Shown: positions 27,937-36,325 of the stretch, in pieces
How positions within the stretch are numbered: the first letter of the stretch is position 1
Layout: every line of letters starts with the position of its first letter
Assembly: GCA_964636085.1 (NCBI GenBank)
Contig: CAZWPQ010000007.1
Span: 42,988-80,043, forward strand
Source: an uncultured Nitrososphaerota archaeon
GTDB taxonomy: Archaea > Asgardarchaeota > Njordarchaeia > Njordarchaeales > Panguiarchaeaceae
Length of the DNA stretch: 37,056 nt
Reading direction: 5' to 3'
Translations under genes and position numbers: made by a program
Notes under the pieces: generated by a model
The model's input: only the letters and a program-made list of their open reading frames with translations
What the model was told of the DNA's origin: nothing
The model's database searches: none

Positions 27937-30420
27937 CTAAGCTACCTCTATCTCGTATTTGTTGACTATCTTTTCCTCCTCGGTCTCTAGTAGAAGCTTT
28001 ATCTCTTTTTTCCCTTGCACATTGCTTGGTATGCGATATGTGATCTCATACTCTTTTATAGAGTCTTCATCTATGACCACGTCTTTTTCCCAGACCGTAT
28101 CCCCATCAAAGTATAAATAGGCCTTAGCATTAAACCTCTTATGAAGATCATTCACGATATAAATTTTGAACTTGTACCTTTTGCCCGCCTTGTATTTGAT
28201 TTTTGGCCATTCCATAAATATGTATACAGGCCTAAATGTTTCCTTTAGGGCATAATATGCCTCTTTGGGTTTCCTCCAGTAATCCAATACTGCCCAAGTT
28301 ATGAGTGGCGCTATGTCTGTAAACATAAATTGTAGAGCTCCCCCTACTGGTCTAAATCTTCTTGATCTCCAATACTCATTATAGAATTTTATCAATTCGG
28401 CTTGGTATCTTTGTGTTGCCTCTATAAAATCGTCGATCGTCTTAAATTTCTTGGGATCCAGCCATAATCTCATAAATTCGGGTTGATATTGATGATATTT
28501 CTTCAAGTACTTGGATAATTCTTTGTATGCTGTTGCAAAATCTTGTTTTTCAAGTGTGCTCTTTAATTTATCGGGAAGCATCTTAAGTAGGTTCTCTTTG
28601 CATGGAAAGGCTTGAGCTCCATATTCTGTGACGAATCTAGGTACTCTCTTAAATATTCCCGTGAATTGTTTTGCATGCCTATATCCTCTACATCTTCTAA
28701 ATGGACACAGCCACCCAGTGTACCATCCATCGTATATATGTATATCGGTTCCATCTATAAACCATCCCATTATCCCAGAATGCCTCACAATTGGGTGAGA
28801 GTCCATATCCTCAAATCTAATTAACCTCTCTATATACTTATCTAGAACATTCTTATTCCAGTTCCAGGTAAGGAGAACAACTGGACTACCAGATATTAAT
28901 AGAAATATCGTTAGGAAGATTATAACGTCCCATGGCATGATAATGGCGAGTATGATACATATGAGAATCCCCTCGTATCCACCCGTAGCTAGGGCTATTG
29001 CTGGGTAATATAGTGCAAATAGTACCAGTAGCGATATAATGGCTCCATAATTTAAAAACCAAATGTTTCTAGATAAGACATCTAGCATGTAACTCCAGTA
29101 TGGAGCCTCTATATACGGTATAGGTACCTCCAGACTTCTCCCCATGCTCCCAATGGATAATGATATTAATAGCGACAGCACAAACGCTAGTGCCCCGAGG
29201 ACGGCATCACTTTTTGTTGGAATTTTGAATGGTTCGTTGTGGCAATTAATTACCGCTACACTTGGATGGTTCTCTACAATTTTTACTAATTGTCGGGCGT
29301 TATCAGTAACAACATTCTTTATTTTCTTGCTATACATCCATTGAAGGGGCATATCCTGCCATACGAGTATACCGTATTCATCGAATATAGAAAGTGTCTC
29401 TGGATTTATTTGTGCATGTATCCTCACCATGTTTATATTGGCTTCTCTCATTAATTTTACATCGCGCTCAATCATCTCCCTACTGACATAAGCTATTCTC
29501 TGATCAGTAGGCCCATAATTTGTACCCCTAATGAAGAGTCTTTTGCCGTTTAGATAAAAAACCCATCCCTTCTTCGATCTTTCTAGCCGTATTTCTCTAA
29601 TACCTATTATTTCTGTTTTTTGGTCGCTTATCTCCCCATCCTCTAGGACATATACGTCAAGACGATAAAGATGTTGGGGGCCTAGATCCCAAGTCCACCA
29701 TAGTTTTGGCTCTTTTATCCTTACTGTTAATTCGACTCGACATTCTCCTTTTTTGACCTCTATCTGTTTTTTTATCGATTGCGTCTCTCCTTGAAAGTTG
29801 TGTGGCTTGATCTCTATCAATACTTCTGATGACATGTCGCGATCCGATCCAAGCCATAACAATACACTTAATATTGCTTCTTCATCTCTGATCTCCTTGG
29901 TAATTATTTTTATCCGCTCCACCCATATGTTGCCTGTCTCATATATTTCTACAGATCTCCAGATTCCCCCGGGGTTAAACGTTGGGTCTCTGCAATCCCA
30001 ATGATAAAATACTCCCCCCACCTGAACTTTTTTGTTCAGGTTTTTCTCATCGTAGCTCTCCACTTTGACCGCTAGTGTGTTTTCATTTCGTATGAACTCT
30101 GTAATGTTGAATTTGAATGGAAAAAAATAGCCTTCATTGCATCCTAGTTTCTTTTCATTGAGCCAAACAGTTGTCTTATAGAACACACCGTTAAATCTAA
30201 GCCACACAATTTTTTTCTTCTTCTCATAGCTAAATTTTCTTCTGTACCATACTACCCCCGTGTATTCTCTTAGATCCTCTATCTCCTCCTGCCAGTGCCC
30301 AGGTACATTTATATCATACCAATCAGAATCATCAACTAATATTCCATAAAATCCCAGACTCTCCCCCTTGTTGTTAGGATCTGGATAGGCTTTCCATTTC
30401 CCATCAAGACAGAATGACAA
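27937..30420 (-). CDS. Glycoside hydrolase family 2 (beta-mannosidase-like) with internal transmembrane insertion
   Basis: VPGHW, VVWYRRKF, GGIWRSV, PKLWW...LY, RGTNY, ANINMVRIH, DEYGILVWQD, NHPS, HNEP (acid/base), VTEYGAQAFP (nucleophile). TTG start preceded by GGTGA. Confidence 0.92.
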   Translation of the reverse strand: MSFCLDGKWKAYPDPNNKGESLGFYGILVDDSDWYDINVPGHWQEEIEDLREYTGVVWYRRKFSYEKKKKIVWLRFNGVFYKTTVWLNEKKLGCNEGYFFPFKFNITEFIRNENTLAVKVESYDEKNLNKKVQVGGVFYHWDCRDPTFNPGGIWRSVEIYETGNIWVERIKIITKEIRDEEAILSVLLWLGSDRDMSSEVLIEIKPHNFQGETQSIKKQIEVKKGECRVELTVRIKEPKLWWTWDLGPQHLYRLDVYVLEDGEISDQKTEIIGIREIRLERSKKGWVFYLNGKRLFIRGTNYGPTDQRIAYVSREMIERDVKLMREANINMVRIHAQINPETLSIFDEYGILVWQDMPLQWMYSKKIKNVVTDNARQLVKIVENHPSVAVINCHNEPFKIPTKSDAVLGALAFVLSLLISLSIGSMGRSLEVPIPYIEAPYWSYMLDVLSRNIWFLNYGAIISLLVLFALYYPAIALATGGYEGILICIILAIIMPWDVIIFLTIFLLISGSPVVLLTWNWNKNVLDKYIERLIRFEDMDSHPIVRHSGIMGWFIDGTDIHIYDGWYTGWLCPFRRCRGYRHAKQFTGIFKRVPRFVTEYGAQAFPCKENLLKMLPDKLKSTLEKQDFATAYKELSKYLKKYHQYQPEFMRLWLDPKKFKTIDDFIEATQRYQAELIKFYNEYWRSRRFRPVGGALQFMFTDIAPLITWAVLDYWRKPKEAYYALKETFRPVYIFMEWPKIKYKAGKRYKFKIYIVNDLHKRFNAKAYLYFDGDTVWEKDVVIDEDSIKEYEITYRIPSNVQGKKEIKLLLETEEEKIVNKYEIEVA

Positions 30421-30435
30421 TTTTGGTTCACCATT

Positions 30436-31602
30436 TTATTGGAACAAAAAATGTTCATATGTTTTTACATGTTCTGGTATAATTCTATCTGGATGAAACA
30501 TCTTTGCTGTATTTCTAGCATTTGTAGACATCTCTTCGTAGAGTTCATCAGAATTGAAGATTTCCTTAATATATTTTTTCGCTTCTCTCACTGTTTTGTA
30601 TATGAATCCATTAACACGATGGCTTATATATTCATTATGTCCACCCTTATAATACGAAACTATCGGTGTTCCCTGCGCCATTGCCTCCATGACGGCGAGA
30701 GGCATATTATCGAAACTACTAGCTATTACAAAACATCTAGCATCCTTGAGGAGAGATCTCAGTACTTCATTCTTAACGAATCCTGTCATAATGACGTTCT
30801 TTGGGGCCATTTTTTTCAGAGTATTAAGCAGCGGGCCCTTACCCACTATTACAAGCTTATACCCAATAAGCTTAAATAGTTTCATCAAGAAAGGAATATT
30901 TTTCTCATGACTAATTCTACCAACCCAGATGGCGTAATTTTTATCTTCCAGACAATCATAATAGTGGCTTGCATTATTCTTCGGGATTATATAGTCATCC
31001 CGACTTAACGGATTTGGAATTCTTATGAATTTATGCCTATATTTTTTCATTCCAGGATTCAAGTGCTTCAGCAACATCTTCTTTGCGTAGTTTGTCGGGA
31101 CTATGATTGCCTTTATTCTTCTTATAAGATCGCCCATAAAAACACTATCGATAAATGAGGCAAAGCCGTAGAAGGGACCAAATCGCTTTTTCATATATTC
31201 ATCAACCAATGTATGGTATGTAAGCAATATTGGTATTTTCTTTCCCATTCTTCTAGCTGCGATCCTGAGAATTGTTGTTGTTAAATACGGTGTGTGTGCA
31301 TGCACAAGGATGTCTCCATCCGAGATATTATTATTGAGCATTCTCTTGATGGCAATATAGGCCCCAATCATCTCTGGAGCCCTAACTTCTGGATAAAATG
31401 CAAGAGGTTTAAGAGATCTTAGATATAGCTTGTCCACAGAATCCGTCCTCTCATACACATAGGCCTCCTTGATGCTTGCGGGAACCATGATCGAGACTTT
31501 ATATCCATATCTCGGTAATTCATAAGCAAATATGTCTACTATTTTTGTGACTCCACAGACAAATGGATGATAAACATCTGTTGTGATTATTATTCTTGCC
31601 AT
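30436..31602 (-). CDS. Glycosyltransferase family 4 (resembles monoglycosyl-diacylglycerol synthase-like GT4s)
   Basis: TDVYHPFVCGV, HAHTP, TYHT, VGRISHEKN, IVGKGP, S.FDNMPLAVMEAMAQGTPIV. Confidence 0.92.
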   Translation of the reverse strand: MARIIITTDVYHPFVCGVTKIVDIFAYELPRYGYKVSIMVPASIKEAYVYERTDSVDKLYLRSLKPLAFYPEVRAPEMIGAYIAIKRMLNNNISDGDILVHAHTPYLTTTILRIAARRMGKKIPILLTYHTLVDEYMKKRFGPFYGFASFIDSVFMGDLIRRIKAIIVPTNYAKKMLLKHLNPGMKKYRHKFIRIPNPLSRDDYIIPKNNASHYYDCLEDKNYAIWVGRISHEKNIPFLMKLFKLIGYKLVIVGKGPLLNTLKKMAPKNVIMTGFVKNEVLRSLLKDARCFVIASSFDNMPLAVMEAMAQGTPIVSYYKGGHNEYISHRVNGFIYKTVREAKKYIKEIFNSDELYEEMSTNARNTAKMFHPDRIIPEHVKTYEHFLFQ

Positions 31603-31644
31603 CTACCCACAACCATGCCGTCCTCAAGCCTCTTACAAATATGC

Positions 31645-32115
31645 TTAACAAATCAGATTTAATAGGTATATTTCCTTTTTAATAAGCTGGCTCCATCCAT
31701 TCTTATACACAAATCTCCCAAAAATCGTCTTATCTTCTTCCAAAACCAACGGCAGCCAATAGCGGTCATCCTTCCACATTCTATCGTAAGGCAAATTGCT
31801 AATCCTAAACCACACTGGCCTAGCCTCATCCGTTTCAACAAGTTTTCCTTTATATTGTGTAGCTAAGAAAACGTATACCAGTCCATAAAATCTTTCATCA
31901 TTATGAAATTCAAGAATTCCTCTCCACGTGAGATCTATGGGGGTTACTCCTATCTCTTCCTTGCATTCGCGTATTGCGGCTTGAACCGGGGTTTCTCCAG
32001 GATTTATCTTCCCACCCACACCGTTGTATAATCCTTTCCCTATCCCCCTTTTTTTCTCTATGAGTAGTACATAATCCCCATTTAATATATATAGAAGCGT
32101 TTCAATCCGTCCCAA
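31645..32115 (-). CDS. 8-oxo-dGTP diphosphatase, MTH1/NUDT1-like Nudix
   Basis: KKRGIGKGLYNGVGGKINPGETPVQAAIRECKEEIG; PYDRMWKDDRYWLP. Confidence 0.9.
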   Translation of the reverse strand: MGRIETLLYILNGDYVLLIEKKRGIGKGLYNGVGGKINPGETPVQAAIRECKEEIGVTPIDLTWRGILEFHNDERFYGLVYVFLATQYKGKLVETDEARPVWFRISNLPYDRMWKDDRYWLPLVLEEDKTIFGRFVYKNGWSQLIKKEIYLLNLIC

Positions 32116-32149
32116 AAGCGTATCCCCACTCGAAAAAAGATATTTTGGG

Positions 32150-32635
32150 CTATTCTATTCTTTTTATTATGGGTCTTCCTTTCTTGAAGGTTATCCGTAC
32201 AGTGCCTTTTTTAGTGTCCTTTTTCGTCCCCTCTTTCTTTGTGGAGGATGCCTCCACTGAGTCATGCCTTATTATTATGGGTTTCCCGCCACTAAACGCT
32301 ATACTTATTGATGGTTTGTTCATTTTTTGTGGTTCTTCCTGCCTAGAAAAAACTTCTGGTTCCTCCTCCCTCCTTATATATGCCCCACTCTCTCCCTCTT
32401 CTGTCTCTATTACTATTTTTGCTCCTGGGTACATATTTTCGAGCTGTTCACGCAGTTTTTGGGGATCGGTATCACCATATACTCTTGCATGTACTTCCAT
32501 TCCATTTGGCGTAGATCTTATCTCTATTGAATACCCACTCATGCCGCCCTCAAGGGGAATGTCAAACATACTTTCGAACTCATCAAATATGTCGTCGAAA
32601 AATCCCCTCTTTTTCTTCTTTACCATGCCATTCAC
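32150..32635 (-). CDS. Hypothetical protein with an archaeal small-HSP-like N-terminal segment but no alpha-crystallin domain
   Basis: FFDDIFDEFESMF...GYSIEI resembles archaeal Hsp20 N-termini. C-terminal duplicated motif. Start may be ATG 32626. Confidence 0.7.
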   Translation of the reverse strand: MNGMVKKKKRGFFDDIFDEFESMFDIPLEGGMSGYSIEIRSTPNGMEVHARVYGDTDPQKLREQLENMYPGAKIVIETEEGESGAYIRREEEPEVFSRQEEPQKMNKPSISIAFSGGKPIIIRHDSVEASSTKKEGTKKDTKKGTVRITFKKGRPIIKRIE

Positions 32636-32670
32636 CCGTGATGCATGAATACCATAAAAAATGTAGTTAT

Positions 32671-32678
32671 TTTAAGTA
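32671..32678 (+). promoter_or_regulatory. Putative TATA box of the C/D sRNA
   Basis: TTTAAGTA about 25 nt upstream of box C at 32704, the usual archaeal TATA-to-start spacing. Confidence 0.45.
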
Positions 32679-32700
32679 TTATTTTTTTGTGTAAAATATT

Positions 32701-32755
32701 CGGATGATGAGCCTTACCCTCTCCGATCCTAATGATGAGAGGCAGGTGCTGACAT
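32701..32755 (+). ncRNA. Box C/D guide sRNA
   Basis: Intergenic. C ATGATGA 32704-32710, guide GCCTTACCCTCT, D' CCGA 32723-32726, C' ATGATGA 32732-32738, guide GAGGCAGGTG, D CTGA 32749-32752. Canonical ~50-nt geometry. Confidence 0.9.
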
Positions 32756-32765
32756 ATTTTTCTAA

Positions 32766-33701
32766 TCATAGTTCTATGTTCTCAATGACACCTATCTTCT
32801 TTATTTTTACGAGCGGTCTTGGATCTACCCTCCATATCTCTATCCCGACAATGCCTTCCTCCCTCATTTCATGATCCAACATGGACATGAACTCGTCCAA
32901 TGTCATTATTTCCTTACCCCTCACACATGACCATACTTTTCTCATGAATTCATATGTATATATTATACAGCTGTAGAAATCATCGTCACTAAGAATATTT
33001 TGAAATGTTTCGCTTGGACTACGCGTCTTGGGTAATATTTCTGACAATGAGCCAGCCTTAGCTATGGCCAATTTGATGGATTCATATACACGTGTGAATA
33101 TGTCATTGATACCAACAATTTTTATTTCCCTTATGTGGTCATGTATCTCTTTCCAACTACAGGGAACATGATTATATGTATTCTGAATAAGGGCAATGGA
33201 TGAATATCTCAAACAATTATATGCGTCCTCCAAAAGCATATCTAATTGGCCGTGCATAGCATCATTTAGGGCCATTCCATATGCCACGAATGCCCTTTCT
33301 AGTGAAAAATTTATTGCTCTTGTACTGCATTTGTACTGCATATTCTTAAGTTCATCGATGGCTTTGCTACTTAATGCAAAAAATGCATTCTGAACTGCTA
33401 GAACATAGTCAGCTATTCCCTCCAGGTACCCATCATGAAAATCATCTATATGGACTATATCCACACATGTTCTTTTTTCCAGAACTGTCTGGAGGTCAAA
33501 TTGTAGACTAGATTGAACTATGAGCCTATCTTCAATCATTCTATTTAATACCACCATTACATTTATTGTATCCAGCGCTTCGTTAAATTCGTCTGGATGT
33601 AGTATTTGACCCCATATGGAAACCGCCTCCAAAGATTCCTTAAAGTATCTTTTAGCAATATTATGGGCTACCTTTCCAATGTATTCTATGTCATAGCTCA
33701 T
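32766..33701 (-). CDS. Hypothetical protein, probable degenerate minimal nucleotidyltransferase + HEPN-like helical domain
   Basis: AVSIWGQI...DTINVMVVL...VDIVH aligns by eye with the MNT pattern hGS...SDhDhhVh...VDh. A helical region follows (AYNCLRYSSIALI...P.SWKEI). Confidence 0.55.
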   Translation of the reverse strand: MSYDIEYIGKVAHNIAKRYFKESLEAVSIWGQILHPDEFNEALDTINVMVVLNRMIEDRLIVQSSLQFDLQTVLEKRTCVDIVHIDDFHDGYLEGIADYVLAVQNAFFALSSKAIDELKNMQYKCSTRAINFSLERAFVAYGMALNDAMHGQLDMLLEDAYNCLRYSSIALIQNTYNHVPCSWKEIHDHIREIKIVGINDIFTRVYESIKLAIAKAGSLSEILPKTRSPSETFQNILSDDDFYSCIIYTYEFMRKVWSCVRGKEIMTLDEFMSMLDHEMREEGIVGIEIWRVDPRPLVKIKKIGVIENIEL

Positions 33702-33734
33702 CTATGAATACTCCTCTTCTTAGCAAATATGGTG

Positions 33735-35012
33735 CTATATTCTATATGTTTCTCCGACCTCGGGCACTGTGACATCAAACCCATATTCCTCCTTAATCTC
33801 CTCGGCAAACATCATTGTTTTGTCTCCCTCTCCATGTACAAGGAATATTTTTTCGGGGGATTCGAGCTTGGATAAGATATATTTAAGCTGACTCTTTCCC
33901 GCATGCGACGAGAGGTCAAAATAATCGACGTATGCACATACATCCACATATTTTCCATCATATCCTATTCTTCTCTCATTTAGGACCCTATATCCAAGAG
34001 TCCCAGGTACTTGATACGAGACAAATAAAATCGCATTATTTTGATTACCAAATATCCTCTCTAGATACCACTTACTCCAACCTCCTAATAACATTCCCGC
34101 TGGAGCTATTATCGTTGTTGGATTTCTGATAGCTTTTTTGCGCTCCTTTTTGCTCATAATCCACCTAGCCCTCCTTGCTGCCTCTTTTAATGCCGCCCAA
34201 TTATGCACAAACTCGGGGTGGGCCAACAATATATTCGTAGCTATTTGGGACATTCCATCCAGAATTATTGTCCCATCATAATTATGAGCTATTAGGGTCA
34301 CTAAAACTTCCTGTGATCTTCCTACAGAGAACGCTGGGATCAGACATACTCCCCCATTATCCTTAATTCGTTTGGCAGTTAACGCGAGCCTATACTCCTC
34401 ATTTTTTCTGTCGGGATGATCCTTATAAGAGTATGTTGTCTCCATGATAACTATATCGGCATCCGTTATTATATCAGCTCCACGCGTCAACCACGTATCG
34501 GTTAGGTTTATATCACTTGTATACCAGATCTTCTTGTTTCCTACCTTAAAATATATGGATGCGGAACCAGGTATGTGTCCCGAGTTTATTAGTTCGGCTA
34601 TCATATTCTGCCCAATTTTTATTTCTTGATTATATTTAAGTGGCACACTTGAGGACATCATCCGTTGTAGCTCAGGCAACCCGAAGGGCAATTTTCCCCC
34701 CGCTAGTTTTATCATGTCCCTAATCAACAAATCAGATAGTTCCAACGTGAGAGGAGTAGCTATAACTAATGGCTTATATGCCAACCTAAATAACCATGGA
34801 ACTGCACCACTATGGTCAATATGGGCATGCGTTATGAATACCGCTAATACTCTTGATGGATCAACCTTCAAGGGCAATTCCGGCTTCTTGGACTCTGGCG
34901 AGCTACCATAGTCAAGCAGTACAGAATCTCCGCCAGAGTCAATCATTATCGAAGAACAACCAATACTCTTAGTACCCCCCAGGAAAATTATATGATCCAA
35001 TGTGCCCACCAT
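33735..35012 (-). CDS. beta-CASP metallo-beta-lactamase ribonuclease (aCPSF2/aCPSF1b-like, no KH domains)
   Basis: LLDYG, THAHIDHSG, GHIPGS, YTSD, METTY, PAFSVGRSQE, SSHAG, LVHGE. Confidence 0.93.
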   Translation of the reverse strand: MVGTLDHIIFLGGTKSIGCSSIMIDSGGDSVLLDYGSSPESKKPELPLKVDPSRVLAVFITHAHIDHSGAVPWLFRLAYKPLVIATPLTLELSDLLIRDMIKLAGGKLPFGLPELQRMMSSSVPLKYNQEIKIGQNMIAELINSGHIPGSASIYFKVGNKKIWYTSDINLTDTWLTRGADIITDADIVIMETTYSYKDHPDRKNEEYRLALTAKRIKDNGGVCLIPAFSVGRSQEVLVTLIAHNYDGTIILDGMSQIATNILLAHPEFVHNWAALKEAARRARWIMSKKERKKAIRNPTTIIAPAGMLLGGWSKWYLERIFGNQNNAILFVSYQVPGTLGYRVLNERRIGYDGKYVDVCAYVDYFDLSSHAGKSQLKYILSKLESPEKIFLVHGEGDKTMMFAEEIKEEYGFDVTVPEVGETYRI

Positions 35013-35140
35013 TCGCTTCCCATACTATGCCACTACTAAATCTACCAAATTTGTCATTTCCCAATAAATTCCTAGTCTATTCCCCTTCCACATAGATTCA
35101 CAACTATATGATACTCTACTACCAATTTTCCATTTTTTAT

Positions 35141-35149
35141 TTTTAAAAA
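35141..35149 (+). promoter_or_regulatory. Putative TATA box for the tandem C/D sRNAs
   Basis: TTTTAAAAA about 30 nt upstream of box C at 35179. Confidence 0.4.
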
Positions 35150-35175
35150 TACTTATATTTGATGAGGACTACATG

Positions 35176-35231
35176 ACCATGATGAGGGAGGTGATCACGG
35201 AAACGATGAAGAAGCCTGGCTTTTCTGATGT
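35176..35231 (+). ncRNA. Box C/D guide sRNA (D' guide complementary to the 16S rRNA 3' end)
   Basis: C ATGATGA 35179-35185, guide GGGAGGTGATCA, D' CGGA 35198-35201, C' ACGATGA 35203-35209, guide AGAAGCCTGGCTTTT, D CTGA 35225-35228. Confidence 0.8.
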
Positions 35232-35253
35232 CTTCTAGAAGCAATCGCGACAC

Positions 35254-35309
35254 GATATGATGAGAAGACCTCTACGGAACTTGATGACGATGCTCCAAAG
35301 GGCTGATCC
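35254..35309 (+). ncRNA. Box C/D guide sRNA
   Basis: C ATGATGA 35257-35263, guide GAAGACCTCTA, D' CGGA 35275-35278, C' TTGATGA 35281-35287, guide CGATGCTCCAAAGGG, D CTGA 35303-35306. Confidence 0.87.
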
Positions 35310-35310
35310 C

Positions 35311-36108
35311 CTACCCGCTTTCCCTAATCTCCTCTTCCTTTTCTTGTTTTGCTCTGAGAATTCTAGAGACCACAGCCCTAGGGAGTGCTATATCCTCCCT
35401 TGTCAATACGGCTGGTCGAAGTAGTTTTATTCCTTCACCATCTACAATATCTATCTCCCATAGCCGCAAGTCGTGAGCTGTTTGCCTCATTTTTTCCACA
35501 ATCACAAAACGGCGCAACTTCCCTCCCCTTAAATACCTCCTAAACCTTATTATCCCATCCGCAATATGTTCTATACCAAACCCAAATGCATCGCTAGTGG
35601 TTATGGCATACTGCGAAGTCGCCAGCGTTGTTACATTCCAGTGGTGAAGCCTCCTCTTGACGTAATAGGCATATTTCCTCGCCATGGCTGGCTTGTCCAG
35701 CCAAAATGCTGACATAGAATCTATGACGAGACGAGTATGCTTAAACCCTAGCCTTTTCTTGGCCTTTATAATCATAGAAACAAGCTCCTCCACTGTGACC
35801 TTAAATAATGACCACTCATCAGTTTTTTTCCTTATTAGGGCATCAATAATTATTAGATCCCCCCTAGTCATATAATCTAGAAAATCCCAGCCAAACATCT
35901 CTGCTTGCTGGATGATGCTATCTCTACTCTCCTCCGTCGTAATATATATGCCTGGCTGGTCATTAAGCAAACCATTCCATATAAAATGCATACAGAAAAT
36001 AGTCTTGCCAGTGCCAGGCTCGCCAGTCACGGCAACGAAGAATCCTCTTGGAATACCTCCACCTATGAGCTTGTCGAAATCTAGAATTCCGGTGGATAAG
36101 CGCTCCAA
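35311..36108 (-). CDS. Single-domain KaiC-like RecA-superfamily ATPase
   Basis: LSTGILDFDKLIGGGIPRG, GEPGTGKT, TTEES, LVIDSMS, EHIADGII, VEKMRQTAH. TTG start preceded by GGTGG. Confidence 0.93.
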   Translation of the reverse strand: MERLSTGILDFDKLIGGGIPRGFFVAVTGEPGTGKTIFCMHFIWNGLLNDQPGIYITTEESRDSIIQQAEMFGWDFLDYMTRGDLIIIDALIRKKTDEWSLFKVTVEELVSMIIKAKKRLGFKHTRLVIDSMSAFWLDKPAMARKYAYYVKRRLHHWNVTTLATSQYAITTSDAFGFGIEHIADGIIRFRRYLRGGKLRRFVIVEKMRQTAHDLRLWEIDIVDGEGIKLLRPAVLTREDIALPRAVVSRILRAKQEKEEEIRESG

Positions 36109-36325
36109 AGTAGGCCACCAAACCTCAGCATCTCTAAAACAATAAACTACAGAAATTCACAATAATAAAACTTGCTCGACAATTTAAGGTACTTAATGCG
36201 GAAAAAAAGGAGCAATATTTCAAACCATAAATTAAGAACCCACCTTGAATCTTTTCGTTTGATGTATCCCATCTCTATTATCGATCTGATTTTGTTACTC
36301 CTTTGAATTGTTGTCTGGATACATG

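Noticed and set aside
32145-32648. 167-aa + strand hydrophobic ORF
   Set aside because: Antisense to the more protein-like 32150..32635 gene.
35264-35274. Guide GAAGACCTCTA resembling the 23S GAAGACCC segment
   Set aside because: Same sense as the rRNA rather than complementary, so it is not a target assignment.
35311-36108. Circadian clock kaiC
   Set aside because: Single RecA-like domain typical of archaeal KaiC-like proteins; no kaiA or kaiB in the window.
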